DNA of 64,000 bases from a virus (taxonomy: Duplodnaviria > Caudoviricetes), in the IMG/VR virus record IMGVR_UViG_3300037840_000382, positions 3,025-67,024 of that record; one strand, written 5' to 3'. Made by a program: the position numbers and the translations under genes. The notes beneath the pieces were generated by a model. The model was given only the letters and a program-made list of their open reading frames with translations, was not told the DNA's origin and did not search any database. Of this stretch, positions 61,510 to 64,000 are shown piece after piece. Numbering within the stretch: the first letter of the stretch is position 1; the number at the start of each line of letters is the position of its first letter.

Positions 61510-62591
61510 AGACGGCTCTCATCCTTACGACGATAAACGTCCCGACTGTCCTCGCGCTCTACCGGCGCTTCGACCCGAGCGTCCGCTTCTTCGTCGCGAT
61601 GGACGAAAAGACCCCCAAGGCCACTTACGACTTTTGCGCATCCATCCCCGACTGCGAAGCGTATTCGCCCGGCAGGCAGAAGGAGTTGGGCTGGGAGTGC
61701 TCCCCCCTCATCGGCTGGAATACGATCGCGCGGCGCAACATCGCGCTCCTCGAGGCGCTCAAGTGGGGCGCCGAGCTGATCGTCAGTGTGGACGACGACA
61801 ACATCCCGATGGGTGCTGCATATTTTATAAATTATTTTAAGATGTTCGATGACAAAGTTTATTTTGACGATCCAAGCACGCCGCCTATCACGTGGAATCG
61901 CGCGTGGAGCGGGTTAAAGGTCAGCGGTCGCGGCTGGTTCGATCCCGGCCATCTTCAATTTCCTGCTGATGGTATAGACCCTGTTTGTCAGCGCGGCTTT
62001 CCCCAGCAGTCTCTCGGTCTCCAATCCTTCGAGCCCGTTGTCGATGCGCGGATAGGCGTGGCGCAAGGCGCGGTCTTGGGAAATCCAGATACAAGTGCTA
62101 TTGACAGGATTTCGCGGCATCCGGTCGTGCACCAGGTATCGGAGGTGCTGCGCGCCGGTGTCGTCTCCGACCCGCGCACTACGTGGGCGCCACTCAATGC
62201 CCAGAACATCGCTTTCCTGCGCGAGCTTGCCCCCTGCTTCCTCATGGTGCCGCAGTGGCAAAGATATGATGACATATGGGCGGGGCTGATCGCGCAGAGA
62301 GTTATGCGCGAGCAAGGATTGGTTGTTCACTACGGTCGTCCTTTTGTGCTCCAACAGAGAAACGAACATAATCTTGTTAGTGATTTGAAGTCTGAACTAT
62401 TCGGAATGCAATACACGCTTGAGTTTGCGAATTGGCTGGACAAGTTTCCGAGTGCATGCTCGCTAGCCGATCACGTCCTCGATTTCGTTGCAGCTATTTA
62501 CGAGAGGCTGCCGGTCATGGGCTTCATGCCGCAGGAGATTAATTTGTTGGGCGCGGCTTGGGTGGCGGATTGTAAGAGGGCGATGGCATGA
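61506..62591 (+). CDS. STELLO/RGP-like GT-A glycosyltransferase
   Basis: ILTTIN.P; RRNIA; VSVDDDN; RGFP; NAQN; RYDDIW. Confidence 0.75.
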   Translation: MKTALILTTINVPTVLALYRRFDPSVRFFVAMDEKTPKATYDFCASIPDCEAYSPGRQKELGWECSPLIGWNTIARRNIALLEALKWGAELIVSVDDDNIPMGAAYFINYFKMFDDKVYFDDPSTPPITWNRAWSGLKVSGRGWFDPGHLQFPADGIDPVCQRGFPQQSLGLQSFEPVVDARIGVAQGAVLGNPDTSAIDRISRHPVVHQVSEVLRAGVVSDPRTTWAPLNAQNIAFLRELAPCFLMVPQWQRYDDIWAGLIAQRVMREQGLVVHYGRPFVLQQRNEHNLVSDLKSELFGMQYTLEFANWLDKFPSACSLADHVLDFVAAIYERLPVMGFMPQEINLLGAAWVADCKRAMA

Positions 62592-63874
62592 AAGTTTGTT
62601 TGGCATTTTTAACGAGAGATCGTTGTGAGCTGTCCCGCCGCACGATCGAGCCGCTTCTCGGCTGTGGCGCCAGCATCCTGTGGTGCGATGGTTCGGCGAC
62701 GGAGGAGGGCAAGCGTTTTCCTCATGAGGTCCAGATGCGCGCTGGCGAGCGGCATGGCATCATCGTGCACGGCAATGTGCGCGGTGGGCCCGATGCGGCG
62801 GTCGCCTACGCGCTGACCCAGATGCTCAAGGGAGGAGACTGGACGCATGTCGGTCTTGTTGAGAACGATGTATTCTTGCAACCCGACTGGTTTGGACCAA
62901 CCATGGCTCTCTTCGAGCGCGGAGCCGCGGATGGCTTGGCGGTGGGAGCCGTGTCGGCGCGAGCTTACGAGGATCGCATTCTCTTTCAGCGAGACGGTTA
63001 CGCCGTCATGCACAATCTCGGCTGGGGAACCCAGATACTGACGCGTGAGGCAGCGATCTTGTCCCTCGCGCATATGCGCACCTCGCTCACTTCCGAGAAC
63101 CGTCGCCTCTTCGCCCGCCTCTCGAACCTTGATATCGGACGTTGGTGGGCGTTCCGCAGTCACGACAGCTTGCTCTGCGCAGACTGGGGAAACGACCGCG
63201 TGCTTGCCTCTCACGGCCTTGCTTCGCTCGCCCTCGTTCCCTCGCCGGTCGAGATGATTGGGCAGGAACCCCCTCTAGCCGAGCAGGGGTTGAAGATTGC
63301 CGGCCAGCCGGTCGAACAGCTAGCTAACGACGAGGCGTTCGCGGCCTACGCGGCGCGCACGGCCGCGATCAGGCGGGGCGAGCAGGATGCCGGCGGGCTC
63401 GGGCCAGCGCTGCATGACCCCGCCTCCGGCACCTTCACGTACTTTGCCCACCAGCTGGAGGGCATTGGCGCGTGCTACGAGGGCGACTGGCGCTTGGAGT
63501 TCAGCCAGGGCTTTGGGCCGTTTGCGTGGCGCGCGGGTAATATTGAACACGAGCTGAATGGTCAGCGGCTGACGCTGTTTGATGGTTCGCCGACGGTGAC
63601 GATTCCTCTCTCCGGTCCTGTCGAGCTGCTTGCGAGTGGAGGAAAACAGGGCGGCTCTCTGCGCGTCGAGGACGCGCATAGCGGCTACGTCGCGAGTCCG
63701 GCCTTGCCGCCGCGCGATCTCGTCTCGCTTCCCATTCCGGCGCAGGTGTCGTATCGCGATGTGAGGCTGACGGCTCTTTCCCCTGGCGTGGTTTTCTACG
63801 GTGTTCGCTCGCGCGAGCCGCAGCCGTTCTCGCCGCAGTGGTGGTTCGACTGGCACAAACTGCCGCCGGTGTAG
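62588..63874 (+). CDS. glycosyltransferase family 2-like protein
   Basis: LTRDR..CDGS..VENDV GT-A pattern; extra C-terminal beta domain. Confidence 0.7.
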   Translation: MKVCLAFLTRDRCELSRRTIEPLLGCGASILWCDGSATEEGKRFPHEVQMRAGERHGIIVHGNVRGGPDAAVAYALTQMLKGGDWTHVGLVENDVFLQPDWFGPTMALFERGAADGLAVGAVSARAYEDRILFQRDGYAVMHNLGWGTQILTREAAILSLAHMRTSLTSENRRLFARLSNLDIGRWWAFRSHDSLLCADWGNDRVLASHGLASLALVPSPVEMIGQEPPLAEQGLKIAGQPVEQLANDEAFAAYAARTAAIRRGEQDAGGLGPALHDPASGTFTYFAHQLEGIGACYEGDWRLEFSQGFGPFAWRAGNIEHELNGQRLTLFDGSPTVTIPLSGPVELLASGGKQGGSLRVEDAHSGYVASPALPPRDLVSLPIPAQVSYRDVRLTALSPGVVFYGVRSREPQPFSPQWWFDWHKLPPV

Positions 63875-63876
63875 TC

Positions 63877-64000
63877 ATGGATTGGAACTTGTTCGATTGC
63901 CCTGATCGCTATCTGGACGAGTTGTTGCGGTCGAGGGGAGAGGGCGAGGCTGTCGATCGCAAGGTCGAGAGGGTACTGTTCCAGGAGAGAGTCGTCTCTC
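63877..64000 (+). CDS. partial ORF (3' truncated)
   Basis: ATG 2 nt after the previous stop; open to the window end. Confidence 0.4.
   Translation, partial: MDWNLFDCPDRYLDELLRSRGEGEAVDRKVERVLFQERVVS

Overview
The window holds most or all of a ~64 kb tailed dsDNA phage genome, GC-rich and podovirus-like. The host is probably an Alphaproteobacterium, inferred from the promoter style and a DUF3309-like gene. Plus strand 1-42.2 kb: TPR-glycosyltransferase, HiPIP-like, MazG, KTSC, large terminase, portal, scaffold, major capsid, adaptors, nozzle, ejection proteins, a ~12 kb fibre/spike block and a lysis region. Minus strand 42.3-53.3 kb: SSB-like protein, SNF2 helicase, adenine methylase, VRR-NUC, PD-(D/E)XK nuclease, family A DNA polymerase and an HTH regulator. 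Plus strand 53.6-64 kb: Prim-Pol/VirE primase-helicase, an iteron origin, repeated promoter-gene-terminator cassettes, J-domain, RNA-ligase-like and two more glycosyltransferases. I saw no integrase, reverse transcriptase or CRISPR array. Most notable: (1) eight fibre-region proteins, including chaperone-like ones, carry Sec-type signal peptides and most have paired cysteines; (2) a 52-nt tRNA lacking only its anticodon arm sits inside a small ORF; (3) the polymerase frame breaks at UUU-UGA inside its ExoI motif; (4) a structured, translationally coupled internal restart lies in the primase-helicase; (5) early cassettes are modular and some gene ends are duplicated. All assignments come from motif recognition by eye; no searches were run.
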